Under the pieces are notes generated by a model, which was given only the letters and a program-made list of their open reading frames with translations, was not told the DNA's origin and did no database searches. The position numbers and the translations under genes are program-made. 52,190 nucleotides of DNA, from assembly GCA_018398765.1 (NCBI GenBank), contig JAHBMJ010000261.1, positions 1-52,190 of the forward strand, in the 5' to 3' direction. Below, piece after piece: positions 13,129-24,994 of the stretch. How positions within the stretch are numbered: the first letter of the stretch is position 1; each line of letters opens with the position of its first letter. The DNA comes from Chromera velia (Eukaryota).

Positions 13129-13324
13129 CGTTCAAGGACAAGTGGAAGCGAGGCACAGCACCGGTGATCAAGAAATTCCGAGCTTGGAAGACCCCTGGAA
13201 GTAACACCCCGGAGGTCAGTCCTTTCATCAGTCAACGAGATGGGCGGGAAGAAGCTGGAGGAAGATCAAGCCAGGTAATAAATCCAACCGAGGAGCTTCT
13301 CCTGCGATTGTGACAGTCTCTCTC

Positions 13325-13364
<40 letters not shown>

Positions 13365-13371
<7 letters not shown>

Positions 13372-14490
13372 CAGACAGACAAGAGAAGAAAAAACTGCCG
13401 ACAATGCTTCTGCTACTCTCTATGTCTCTCTGCGTGTATCGACTCTCTTCAGATAGACAGGAGGAGAAGAAACTGCCGACAACGCTTCTGCTGCTCTTTA
13501 TGTCTCTCTGCATGTATCAACTCTCTTCAGACAGACAGGAGGAGAAGAAGAAGCTGCCGACAATGCTTCTGCTGCTCTCTATGTCTTTCTGCGTGTATTG
13601 ACTCTCTTCAGATAGACAGGAGAAGAAGAAACTGCCGACAACGCTTCTGCTGCTCTCTATGTCTCACTGCGTGTATCGACTCTCTTCACATAGACAGGAG
13701 AAGAAGAAGCTGCCGACAACGCTTCTGCTGCTCTCTATGTCTCTCTGCATACATCGACTCTCTTCAGACAGACAAGAGGAGAAGAAACTGCCGACAACGC
13801 TTCTGCTGCTCTCTCTTTAGACAGACAAGAGGAGAAGAAACTGCCGACAACGCGTCTGCTACTCTTTATGTCTCACTGCGTGTATCGACTCTCTTCAGAC
13901 AGACAGGAGAAGAAGAAACTGCTGACAACGCGTCTGCTGCTCTTTATGTCTCACTGCATGTATCAACTTTCTGCAGACAGACAGGAGGAGAAAAAACTGC
14001 CGACAACGCTTCTGCTGCTCTCTATGTCTCTCTGCATGTATCGACTCTCTTCAGACAGACAGGAGAAGAAGAAGCTGCCAACAATGCTTCTGCGGCTCTC
14101 TATGTCTCTCTGCGTATATCGACTCTCTTCAGATAGACAGGAGAAGAAGAAGCTGCCGACAATGCTTCTGCTGCTCTCTATGTCTCTCTGCGTATATCGA
14201 CTCTCTTCAGACAGACAGGAGAAGAAGAAATTGCCGACAATGCTTCTGCTGCTCTCTATGTCTTTCTGCGTGTATTGACTTTCTTCAGACAGACAGGAGG
14301 AGAAGAAACTGCCGACAACGTGTCTGCTGCTCTCTATATCTCTCTGCATGTATCGACTCTCTTCAGACAGACAGGAGGAGAAGAAGAAGCTGCCAACAAT
14401 GCTTCTGCTGCTCTCTATGTCTCTCTGCGTGTATTGACTCTCTTCAGACAGACAGGAGGAGAAGAAACTGCCAACAACGCTTCTGCTGCA
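13365..14490. repeat. 78-bp tandem minisatellite, about 14 copies
   Basis: Unit CTCTCTTCAGACAGACAGGAGAAGAAGAAACTGCCGACAA(C/T)GCTTCTGCTGCTCTCTATGTCTCTCTGCGTGTATCGA (for example starting at 13443 and 13521). Some units are 81 bp and one is truncated near 13811. Confidence 0.95.
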
Positions 14491-17400
14491 CAAGATTAGA
14501 CTGAAATGCCTTGAGACTTTCTTTTGTTCTCATGCATGGGCTTCGTTTAGGTGCACGCTCTCTGTATGAGGAAAGAGCACTGTCTTGATGTGTAAGTGTG
14601 GCAATGCCATCGGATCTGTCAATGGGTAGATGTTCCGTCTGTCTTTATCTTGGAGTCCCTCTTTTATTTTACCACTCTCCTTTCTGCCTGGCAGAGTCCT
14701 CATGACTTGCCTCGCTGTTCCCGCCGCTTTCTTTAGTTGTTCGGTTTCTATCGTTTTCTATCCCCGCACATGTTTGTATCTCCAAGTACATGTGCCCAGG
14801 CCTTGTTGGGGAGACTGCTGCAGAGGAAGGCCGGGGGGTGGGGGAAGTCCCCTTTTTAGTTTGAACTTTGTTTTGTCCCACTGCCATTGCATCTGCATGG
14901 CCGACTCGATCGACACTGCTCTCCGGGCCGCGTCAGCGGCGCTTCAAGCAGGATCTTGGAGTTTTGGACAGCACAGGACTGAGGCCCATCCGAAGACAAG
15001 TCAGGAAATATGGTCGTGCTTGCGTTGTCTGTGAATGTCAACTTTGAAGAAATATCAAAAGATGGACATACAAGACTCCGCCAAGAGATCGAAACTCTGA
15101 GTCGGCACGTAGAACAAAGCATCAAATCAGAACATATACAGTGACTATCTGATGCATTGCATAGCATTCGCTATTCTTAACACCGTTTTCAATATTCGCT
15201 AAAGCTATCAATTTCAAGTTATATTGATACTTATATTGTATTAATAATTATAACTCTTTAATACTACCTAGGGGGACAAAATCTAGAACAAAATTAATTC
15301 ATATTATTATTATTATTCAGGAAGCATATCTTCAACACAGTCGTCACAGCTTTATAGTATCCTAGTAAAGCAAATCTAACATAAAACTGGCAGACAACTT
15401 TCTATTTATACAGAGCTCTGTTGTTTTCTTTTATAAGTGATATACGTAACTTCAATATTAAAAAATAGTAGTCTAGGAGCGCTTTAGCGATCCGAAGTTT
15501 TTTTTAGGACTTCAAACCAAATTTTTGACCCAATATAAGGCCCGTAGGACCCAATTAGTTAGTATAAGTCTTCACTAAGTCTACTAGATCAGTTTGGTCC
15601 AACGCCGCCCCTTTTATCTAATAAACTCATTTTTTTTTTTTTTTTAACTAGTAATATACACACTGGCATTAAATTAATAATTTTGCTCCTCTAGGTACGA
15701 TAAGTCCATATATAGCCTAGTAGTACTAGTACGTTTGTACCACAACTTTACGTGATTTTGCGCGGCATCGCACGAGGTAGTTTGATCTAAAGTTTGATAG
15801 CAGTATGATACCGTATGCATATGATAATATGCCGCTGCAACAATTTAATAAAATTGTATTTGTAGAACTTTGAATAGTGTATTAGTCTACCAGACTACCA
15901 CATAGACTTATTTACATAGACTATTATTAAAACCAACTTTCATTCTTTGATTTAGCTTTAAATTCTAATTTAAATTGATTAAAAAAAAAAAAAACATATG
16001 GAGTTAAATCGACAAACCAGTCAACAAACAAATTTGTACATAAGAAAAAACATTCTCATAAAAAAATTTTATATTGTGTTTTATAATATATATTCAATCA
16101 ATTATCAATGCTGTGATTTGAATGCTTTGGGGAACAAATTTCAAATAAGATTAATGCGAATCAAACTGCATTGCAATTTGCGCAAGTGATTGATCAGCCT
16201 TTAAAAATTGAAATTAAAAACATGCAGGGAGTTAAATCAGTCGACATTTCCTTTATGAATACACTGGCGGATTTGAGTAAGTTCAGAGTAACGCGAACTT
16301 TAAAACCCTTATTTAGAGCACCAATTTGGGAGAAGGACAAAAAGTGAACGAAAACGATCCGCTCGGTTTACTCGATCTGCCGTTCTTCGTTCCTTTTTTC
16401 AATCCTTCTTTTCTCAGACTCCTTTTTCTGCATTACTCATGGGCACGCTCTCATGCCTGTTTTCAAGCCAATACATGCAGACGAGAAACCAAACACCATG
16501 CAGAAGAAGGCGTCGGACAGGGCCTCGATCTCTCTTTCTTCGATCGTGCCATGCAGTCCGGCCGCTTCATTCTCGATCACCGCGCATGGACTCTTTCCAC
16601 TTGCAGCCACAGCTTTGTCTAGGTTTGCACGTACGCGTACGTGAGAGAGTACTCATCCGGACGTGTCGACAAGATCTGCCCAATTTGTTTCAGATTCTTT
16701 GAAAAGGAAGAAGAATCAACGAAGGAAAAAAAAGAGAGCTAGGCGTCTCCGTGCCACCCCCTACACGGAAACGTCCAAACCCACTTTCCAGGGCTACCCC
16801 GCATGGCTCTGGAAGGAAAAAGAAACACAGCCACTTCAAGGAAGTCACCGCAAAAGAGTGAAACAAGGAAAACCAAGCCAAAACGGTTCGCTCGAGCATT
16901 CAAAGAGGACGTGTGAGGCGAAAAGAAAAAACGAATCAAAGCAGAGCAAGGAGAAAGGGAGGGGATGGGAGAAGAAAGAACGGGGGACAGCAAATGAAAT
17001 TCAAAGAAAAAAGATCGCCGAAAGAAACTCATTGAAAGAAAGAATGCGAGAGAAGAGACGACGGATTTGATCGAACGGGATACGTTACGCGACACGAAGA
17101 AAAGAAAGGAAAAGTTTCTGAAGGTAAGACAGGCGAAAAAAAAGGAGACAGGATGGAAAGGAAAGGGAACCGAATGCAATTATGTCTGTCTATGCTCTCT
17201 CTCTCTGCTTTGTGTACCGGCAGAGATGGATGAAGTGACATGAAGAGTACGCCTTCCGTGTCATCTCCTCTCCTCTCCTTCATTTCACGTGGAGAGCATT
17301 GGCTTTCAACAGAAACCTGCTCTCACGGCATTTTGTCCTTCCTCTCTGTCTCTCCTCGCCTTCACTCTGTCAGTCTGTGTGCATTTGAGCCGTCTTGTGT

Positions 17401-17939
17401 GCCCCCCCGGCTGTCTGTCTGTCCGCCTGTCTGTCTGTCCACCCATCCATCTCACTGTTTGTTTCTCCGTCCACCTGTCTGTCCGTTGATCTGCATGTTT
17501 GTCTATCTGTCTGTCTGTCTGTCTCTCCGTCCACCTGTCTGACTTTCTGCCTTTCTGTTCGGGTGCTGAAGCGAGGTCCTTCCACAATTGAAGGGAATCT
17601 CATCGCTGATTGACCACCCACTCGATGAACTGAGAGTTCGAGTCCTCAGGAGAAAAGAAAAGTCCTTTGGGAGACAGAATCGGAGGGAGCTGACAGGATT
17701 CAGAGAGGCAAGGGCATGGAGACAAACATCCCATCGGTTTAAATAAATGGCATAAGCCACAGGCTGAGTGGGTCCAATTTTGTTTCCACCTTCTCTTGAT
17801 TCCCTCTTTCACTATCGAGAACGTACGGACGCATGATTCTCTTTTTTCCTTAATTTCTTCATTTCCTTCTCTGTGGATGCAGACGTTCGTTCTTCCCATT
17901 GATTAACTCACTTACTTCATCTCTCACTCACTGAATCAG

Positions 17940-18620
17940 TCATTCATTATCGGACTGCCCCTCTGCACGATCAGACTGCACAGTGGGTCTCTCGAAGCAC
18001 TCGAGATGCCAGTGCTCGGGGGATCTGTAGAGCGAGGCCAGCATCATTTCCCTTATGAAAGTGAACTCTCTTGGCAGTCTGTCGTGCACATTCACAAACA
18101 GACTCTCATGATCAGTCAACTCCCTCAACCAGTCCTCTCTGTCTGCACTCATCAGGCTGTCAAACTTCTCTCTTGAGAAACCCTCCAGTCCCTCCCAATT
18201 CATCCCACCATACTCAGGCATCCACCCAAAGGGCGTCTCCACTGCCGGTGCCCGTCCCTTGCTTCTATTATGGACCCACTCAAGCACCCGCATGTTCTCC
18301 CCAAACCCCGGCCAGATAAACTTCCCGTCTCCATCCTTGCGGAACCAGTTCACGCTGAAGATCCGCGGCGCTGCGTGGACCTTCCTGCCCATACGCAGCC
18401 AGTGGTTCCAGTAGTCCGCAATGTGGTACCCGCAGAAGGGGAGCATGGCGAAGGGGTCCCTCCTGACCACCCCCTGCTTCCCGAAGGCCGCGGCCGTGGT
18501 CTCGGACCCGATCGTGGCTGCGGAATAGACCCCAAAAGCCCAGTTGAACGACTGGACGACCAGAGGGATCACCTGCGTGCGTCAATCAAACACACATGCA
18601 CACACACCAACATGTACACA

Positions 18621-18669
<49 letters not shown>

Positions 18670-20354
18670 GGCTGCCAAGACGACCGGCTTCGTTCAGGAC
18701 GGCATTGCGTCCCCCCTCACACAAATAGATTCGATTCAAATGAATGAACACGGCCGTATGAAGGTGAACGAATATTCTTCTCTCTATTCCCTCCCTCAAC
18801 CCAGGAAGTATCAAAATCTTCAGCTCAGAGAAGAACACCGGAATGGAAAATAAGGGGACGTGCGATCGTTTCTGTCCAAGAGAAACAATTCACGTGCATT
18901 TTCTCCCTCTACAATACTATACAGACAGAATCAAACCATCAATCATTGTTCGTACCAACCTGCGTGCGCCTTCCCCCAAAGACAAAAGCAGACACAGGCA
19001 CCCCCTTCGGGTCGTTCTGTCTCTCGTCAAAGCATGGCACCTGATTGAGGGGGGCAGTGAACCGGCTGTTCGGGTGGGCTGCGGGCTTCCCCCCCTCCCT
19101 GTCCCACTCCTCCCCTCTCCAGTCAATAATCCTCCCCTCAGGAGGGCTCTTTGTCAGCCCCTCCCACCAAACGTCCCCGTCCTCTGTCAAGGCGACGTTC
19201 GTGAAGATCGTGTTTCTTTCTATTGCCTTACAGGCTGCCAGGTTGGTTTTGGGAGAGGTGCCAGGGGCGACACCGAACATTCCGTTCTCAGGATTGATCG
19301 CTCTCATCTCCCCATCCACCACCGTGATCCACGCTATGTCGTCACCCACAGTGGAGATCTCCCAACCTCCCTCCTCGTACACCTGGGGGGGCTGCAGCAT
19401 CGCAAAGTTGGTCTTCCCGCACTGCGAGGGGAAGGCCGCACAGACGTACGATTTCTCAGAGTCCTCCGGGGCCTTCACACCCAAAATGAGCATGTGCTCT
19501 GCGAGCCATCCCTCGTCTCTTCCAAGTACGGAGGCTATCCGGAGGGCAAAACACTTTTTGCCCAAAAGGGCGTTGCCTCCGTATCCGGACCCGTAAGACA
19601 CAATTTTGCGTTCTTCAGGGAAGTGCACGATGTACTTGGTGTCGGGATTGCAGGGCCAGGAGGTTTTGTCCTTCTCTCCTGGCTCGAGAGGGGCACCGAC
19701 AGAGTGGAGACACGGAATAAAGGAGCCGTCTTTGCCTAGGGCCTTCCAGACGGGTGTCCCCATCCGTGTCATGATCTTCATGTTCACAACCACGTAGGGC
19801 GAGTCTGAAATCTCAATGCCGATCTGCAAGCGGTACACAAACAAACAAACAAATACAAACAATACTCACTTAAACACCAATAGAGCAGATACGAACTCGT
19901 CTACTTCGACTTTTCGTGTTGCCACAATGCTTGCGTCAAAGAAACCCAATCCGATACCATTTTGCGCGCAATACCAGATAGAAGACCGTACAGAAGCAGA
20001 TACGAGACAATACAAGACCGTACAGATCGAAGCAGATACAAGACAACACAAGACCGTACAGAAGCAGATGCGTGACAGCCAGGCAGGCAGCTGCATGCCG
20101 CCTAACTGACTGACTGACTGACCTTGGATATGGGCGATCCGACAGGCCCCATGCTGAAGGGAATGACGTACATGGTCCTGCCCCTCATGCTGCCGTCAAA
20201 CAGGCCGTTCAACTTTCTCTTCATCTCCCGGGGCTCTGCCCAATTGTTCGTCGGACCCGCGCCCTCCTTCGACAGAGAACAGATGAACGTGCGGTCCTCA
20301 ACGCGCGCAACGTCAGAGGGGTCAGACCTGTCACACCACACACACTTACACACA

Positions 20355-20386
<32 letters not shown>

Positions 20387-21271
20387 AGAGCCATTCTGAG
20401 CCAAAAGGTATCTATCTGAGCATCTGATACAAGCAAAGGAAGAAAGAGACGAGAAGGAAAAGAGACAAGATACGCTCACATCCCTCCATGCGGTCGGCCG
20501 AGCGGTTCCGCATCCATCCATACATTCCATGAGGCAGACACCCCGACCAGCTTCCCTCCCCCCACCTTGCAAGGAAAGAGTTCGGCCGTTTCTGCTCATT
20601 CAACCGAATGAAGGCTCCACTCCGCACCATCTCATCGCACAGCTGTTTGTATTCCTCCTCCGAACCATCGCAGAACACGACCCTGTCGGGCCTGCACAAA
20701 CAATCGAACAGAGAGACAAACAAGCAAAGAGGGAAGAGACACATTGAGCGAGTTCGGCTGAGCGCCCAGTCACTGACAGTCGGACACTCAGACGAACCCT
20801 TTTCTTTCTCCGTTTGGCAATGCTACACAAGAAAGGTAGAAAAACAGACAGACAGACAGACAGACAATGTGTTTCTTCTTCTCCCTTCTTTTCTTCACGT
20901 ACTTAACAGACAGAAAGAGCGACAGGCAGGCAGGCAGGCAGACAGACTTGCAGAGGGCGACCGTCTCCCTGATCCATTGCTTCGCCTCTTTGTGGAGGAG
21001 CTCAGAGGGGAACTGCACATTCTCGTTGGCGTTGAGTTTGAACTTGTCCTTCCTCCTCCCCAAGCCTTCTCTCCTCCTGACCCCCACATGATCAACTTCC
21101 TCGGTAGTTGGAAGGTGCTCGGTGTCGAGGGGGTCAAATCGCAACGTTTCTCTTTCTGGCTGCAGTTGATCCAGTCATTCATTCATTGATCGTTGACATG
21201 TACGTGGCATGCTCTGGCATGCATGCGATAAGACTGTGCACACATACGCACGCACGAACGACGCACACATA

Positions 21272-21302
<31 letters not shown>

Positions 21303-22054
21303 GCGCGCGCGCACGCACGTACGCACGCACCGTTTACTGCCACAAATCGCCTGCAGGCGCCCATTTTTACATCGACGCTCAGTGTCAAGAATAAGTAAAG
21401 ATATCTTCAGAAGACCTTGCATTAAAAGGCAAAAGAACAGCCGGAGAGGGACGAGGGAAACAAAACAAATTCCAACACAGCGAAGATGCAAAGAGGCAAG
21501 TGCCCAAAATCAGAAAGAAAAAACACATAGTCGATTGGACGATTTGGAGACTTCCTTGGCAACGGAAAAGGACACGGAGCAAATGAAAAAAGGATTCTCG
21601 TTGGCAACATATAAGAAGAAGCGAAAACGAAACGCAACCCAGAGAAGGAAAAGGATATTCAACAATCCACTGTCTCTCAGGCAGAATGCAGAGAGGAGGA
21701 CGACCGAAACAAAGCAAACACATCACCCAGCATACAATTCACCCCGAGAGAATCTGAACCCGTCTACCCTTCTCCCCTTTCCTACTTACCAAATGCACCC
21801 ACAGCCTCCCACCTACTTACTTGCTCGGCCCTGAGCCCCCCTCTCTGGCCATCCTGCCGTCGTGGCCTCGATTGGAGTGAAGTGATGAAGCCTGGAAACA
21901 CGGACCCACACATGCAACCATCAGACTGCATGGCACTGACTCTTCTTTGTCGCCAAAGATATTAATCAAGGCACTCACCTGCTCTCTCCCTCAGACAGAA
22001 CGAAGGCAGAGTCCCCAGCAGTCCATACACCAAACAACTCCACACGGAGTACAT
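17940..22054 (-). CDS. pckG: Phosphoenolpyruvate carboxykinase, GTP-dependent, with putative bipartite (signal + transit) leader; 7 exons, about 728 aa
   Basis: Minus-strand exons 22054-21979, 21891-21821, 21159-20948, 20691-20566, 20327-20123, 19823-18960, 18572-17940: all GT-AG, phases consistent, 2187 nt. GTP-PEPCK motifs: [127 protein letters not shown]. The first two exons are my prediction (about 0.7). Confidence 0.95.
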
Positions 22055-22682
22055 TTTTGCCTTCTCTCCAAGGGCTTGCTTTTCAGAGCAGAGCAGCGAT
22101 ATATATTTGAACGATTAGCAGTCAGTCTTTCCCAATTTAAATTACAGTGCAGCCGTCTCCGATCTTGGTTCCCGACTGACAAAATCACTCCCTAAACAGA
22201 ATCCTGTCGTCCCCTCTTGCTTTAACTGTGATGGAGTCAGATCGTTCCGTTTAACTTGGTGTCTATGGCGCGTGACTGAAGGAGTGTATGTAAACGTCAA
22301 AAAGTTTGTGAAGTCTGTCCGATCTTTGTGGTCTTTCTCGGTCTCTCAAATTAACTTGCATGCATGGAGTTGAGCTGGGGCCGAGCTGAAGGGCGCATGC
22401 ATGCTCCATGCACCGGACTGCATGAGCGAGTCCGAGCTACATTCCGATACCCTGCATGCATGAAAATTAAGTTGTTCCAGGCCGTCTGACAGCGTCGATC
22501 TGGATGAAAGAGTCTCAGTGTCAGAGAAAAAGCCGATCGCTGTCAAGCAGTTCCACTCACAGACGCAGGAACTTCTTCTTTGACGGACATTTGACGTTGC
22601 TTCTCTACCCGACTGACTGTCTTTTTCGCACGAGCTCTTGAGGTTTCCCGCTTCTGCAGAGCCGGCAGACAGACGCCGCGAG
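22055..22682. promoter_or_regulatory. Putative bidirectional promoter and 5' UTRs between PEPCK and SRP54, with a TGCATGCA cluster
   Basis: 628 bp between two divergent ATGs. TGCATGCA at 22357-22364 and 22453-22460 and GCATGCATGC at 22395-22404 are centred in the interval. Confidence 0.6.
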
Positions 22683-24958
22683 ATGTCTGTCTCCGTTTTG
22701 AGACTCAGACTTGTCTGGGTGCTGATGGCGACTTTCCTCAATGCCGCACTCTGCCGTGTATATCGAGACAAAGGTCTGGTCTGGTCTGGTCTTGCTCTCC
22801 TCCCCGTCTCCTTCTGCGCATCTGTTGCTTTGCTCGCCTGACAGAGACAGACAGTCTGAGCCGCCACGCTGTCTCTCTCCCCCCGTGTCCATCCTGTGTG
22901 TGACCCCTCACTCTGGATGCAGGACGTGTCGGGTTTGTGACGCTCCAGCGTCCTTCTCTCGACCAGTCGAGCAGTCCCTTCTCCGTCTCATCTCGGAGGC
23001 AGAGACAGAGACGGTCAGTGAGGAGACGGGATAGAGGGGGGNNNNNNNNNNNNNNNNNNNNNNNNNNNNNNNNNNNNNNNNNNNNNNNNNNNNNNNNNNN
23101 NNNNNNNNNNNNNNNNNNNNNNNNNNNNNNNNNNNNNNNNNNNNNNNNNNNNNNNNNNNNNNNNNNNGGGGGGGGGGGGGGAAGTTCTACGATCCATCTA
23201 CTCTTCCTTCCCGTCTTTCCCTTCCCTTCCTTCTCTTCCGTCCCTCCCCCCCTTCCTCCCTTCCCTTTCTTTTCTTCCCTCCCTTCCTCCTTCCCTCCCT
23301 CCCTTCCTTCCTTCCTTCCTTCCCCTCCTTCCCTCCCTCTCCTTGTATCAAGCAGACTTCTCCTGCTCTGTGCAGGTATGCACTATTCTTATTTTGTCTT
23401 CGCCCTGCCCTTTCTGTGCTGTCGCTGCTGGGAACTTTCCCTCCCCTCGTGATCCTTTCCCGACATGCAACTGTGTTCTTCCTTCCTTCCTTCCTTCCTT
23501 CCTTCCTACGCGTCGCTTTCCCGTGCTCAAACTGAATTGTTGTTGCATGATTTCCTCGTCTGCTGTTTCCTGACTGCGTGCCCGTCCTCGTGACTGGCCC
23601 AAACAAATTGCAGGGGGGTGACTGCTCCCCAAATGATTTTTGACCAAGTAGCCAAAGGTCTGAAGACGGGCATGGAGAAGATCGCAGGCATCGAGAGGCT
23701 AAACTCCGAGAGCATACAACCCGCGTTGGCAGAGATCAAAAAAGTTCTCGTCGATGCGGATTGCAATATCAGAGTTGTCAATGCTCTCGTGAAAACCGTC
23801 GCGTTCAAAGCAGACGGAGTGAGAAAATTGAAAGGCGTTACCGCACAGCAACAAGTCAGTCAGTCGAGGGGAGTCATTCTATTTCTCTCTTTTTTCTCCC
23901 TCCTTCCTTCCTTGCTTCCTGTCTTTTTTTCTTGCATGAAAAATTGTCTTCTGATTGGCGTTCTGAGACCGTGAGAGGTTCAATTCTTATTGTACGGCGT
24001 CACACACCGAAGTGGTGGCGTGGTCGGCTTTTTTCTTCATGGTGGAAGGCGCATTTGAATTTTTGCGTTGAAGTTTTTCCCTTTGGGTCTCATGAACGTC
24101 CAACCTCTCTGGGGGTCTCGTTGAAACAAAAAAGTTTGTGTTTGATTCTTGCCCGGTGTTCCGTTTGTTTCCTTGGAGCTCTCCTCTCCTCTGTCCTGCT
24201 CTCTCTGCCGGTGCACTGTTCTCCGTCTTCTGCAACCTTGCATCATGCAGTTTTTCAAACTAGTAAAGGACGAGATCCAAGAAGTCCTGGGAGGAAGCGA
24301 CGCCTCCCTGGCACGACGGGTGGACGGGAGGCCCACAGTGATCCTCCTGGCGGGTCTCCAGGGAACGGGAAAGACGACGTTCGCGTCCAAGTTGGCTTAC
24401 TACTGTGCGAAGAAGGAGGACCCCGCAAGGAAGAAGGTTCTGCTGGTAGCAGCGGTCAGTGAGGGGGAAGGAAGGGAAGATATATTAATAACATAAAACA
24501 GAGAGAGAGAAACAAGCAGACAGTTGAACGAATGCACATGCATGGCTTCTGCTGAATGTTTGTTTGATCGACAAGAAGAGAGAGATCAGTCCCTTCCCTT
24601 CCCTTCCTTTCTCTCCGAAGTCCGTTCATGGATTTTCGTTTCGTCTCCATCACTCCGTCGCAACTCAATCCCTTTCTCTTCGTTCACCCAACAAACACGC
24701 TCCGCCGCTCGTTTCACCTGTTAGAAAGGTAAAGAGGAAATGAGACGGTTGTCATGACCATGTTCTCTCTGTGTGTGTGCATGAGAAGAGGACAAAGAAA
24801 GAGGGGAGGGGGGATGCATGAGGAGAGAAGAGGGTGGCGGGGAACATGTTGCATTCTTCTCTCCTCCGTCACCTTCTGCAATTTGGTTTCATGCCTGGCC
24901 GTTTCGACCTCCTTATTCTGAACCCCTTCTCTCTCGACACCTGCCTCTGCCTCACCTC

Positions 24959-24994
<36 letters not shown>

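Noticed and set aside
13365..14490. CRISPR-like appearance of the 78-bp array (and of the 40-bp array at 37.8 kb)
   Set aside because: The whole unit repeats with no unique spacers, there are no cas genes, and the context is eukaryotic.
16326..17900. Possible small multi-exon gene downstream of PEPCK
   Set aside because: Candidate splice sites exist on both strands but I could not build a phase-consistent model with a recognisable product; it may be UTR.
18843..19739. 298-aa and 183-aa plus-strand ORFs
   Set aside because: Antisense shadows of the PEPCK exon 19823-18960.
21821..21853. ATG in PEPCK exon 2 ([10 protein letters not shown]) as the start codon
   Set aside because: It ends in phase 2 at the donor while the next exon needs phase 0. 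The frame from ATG 22054 fits all junctions.
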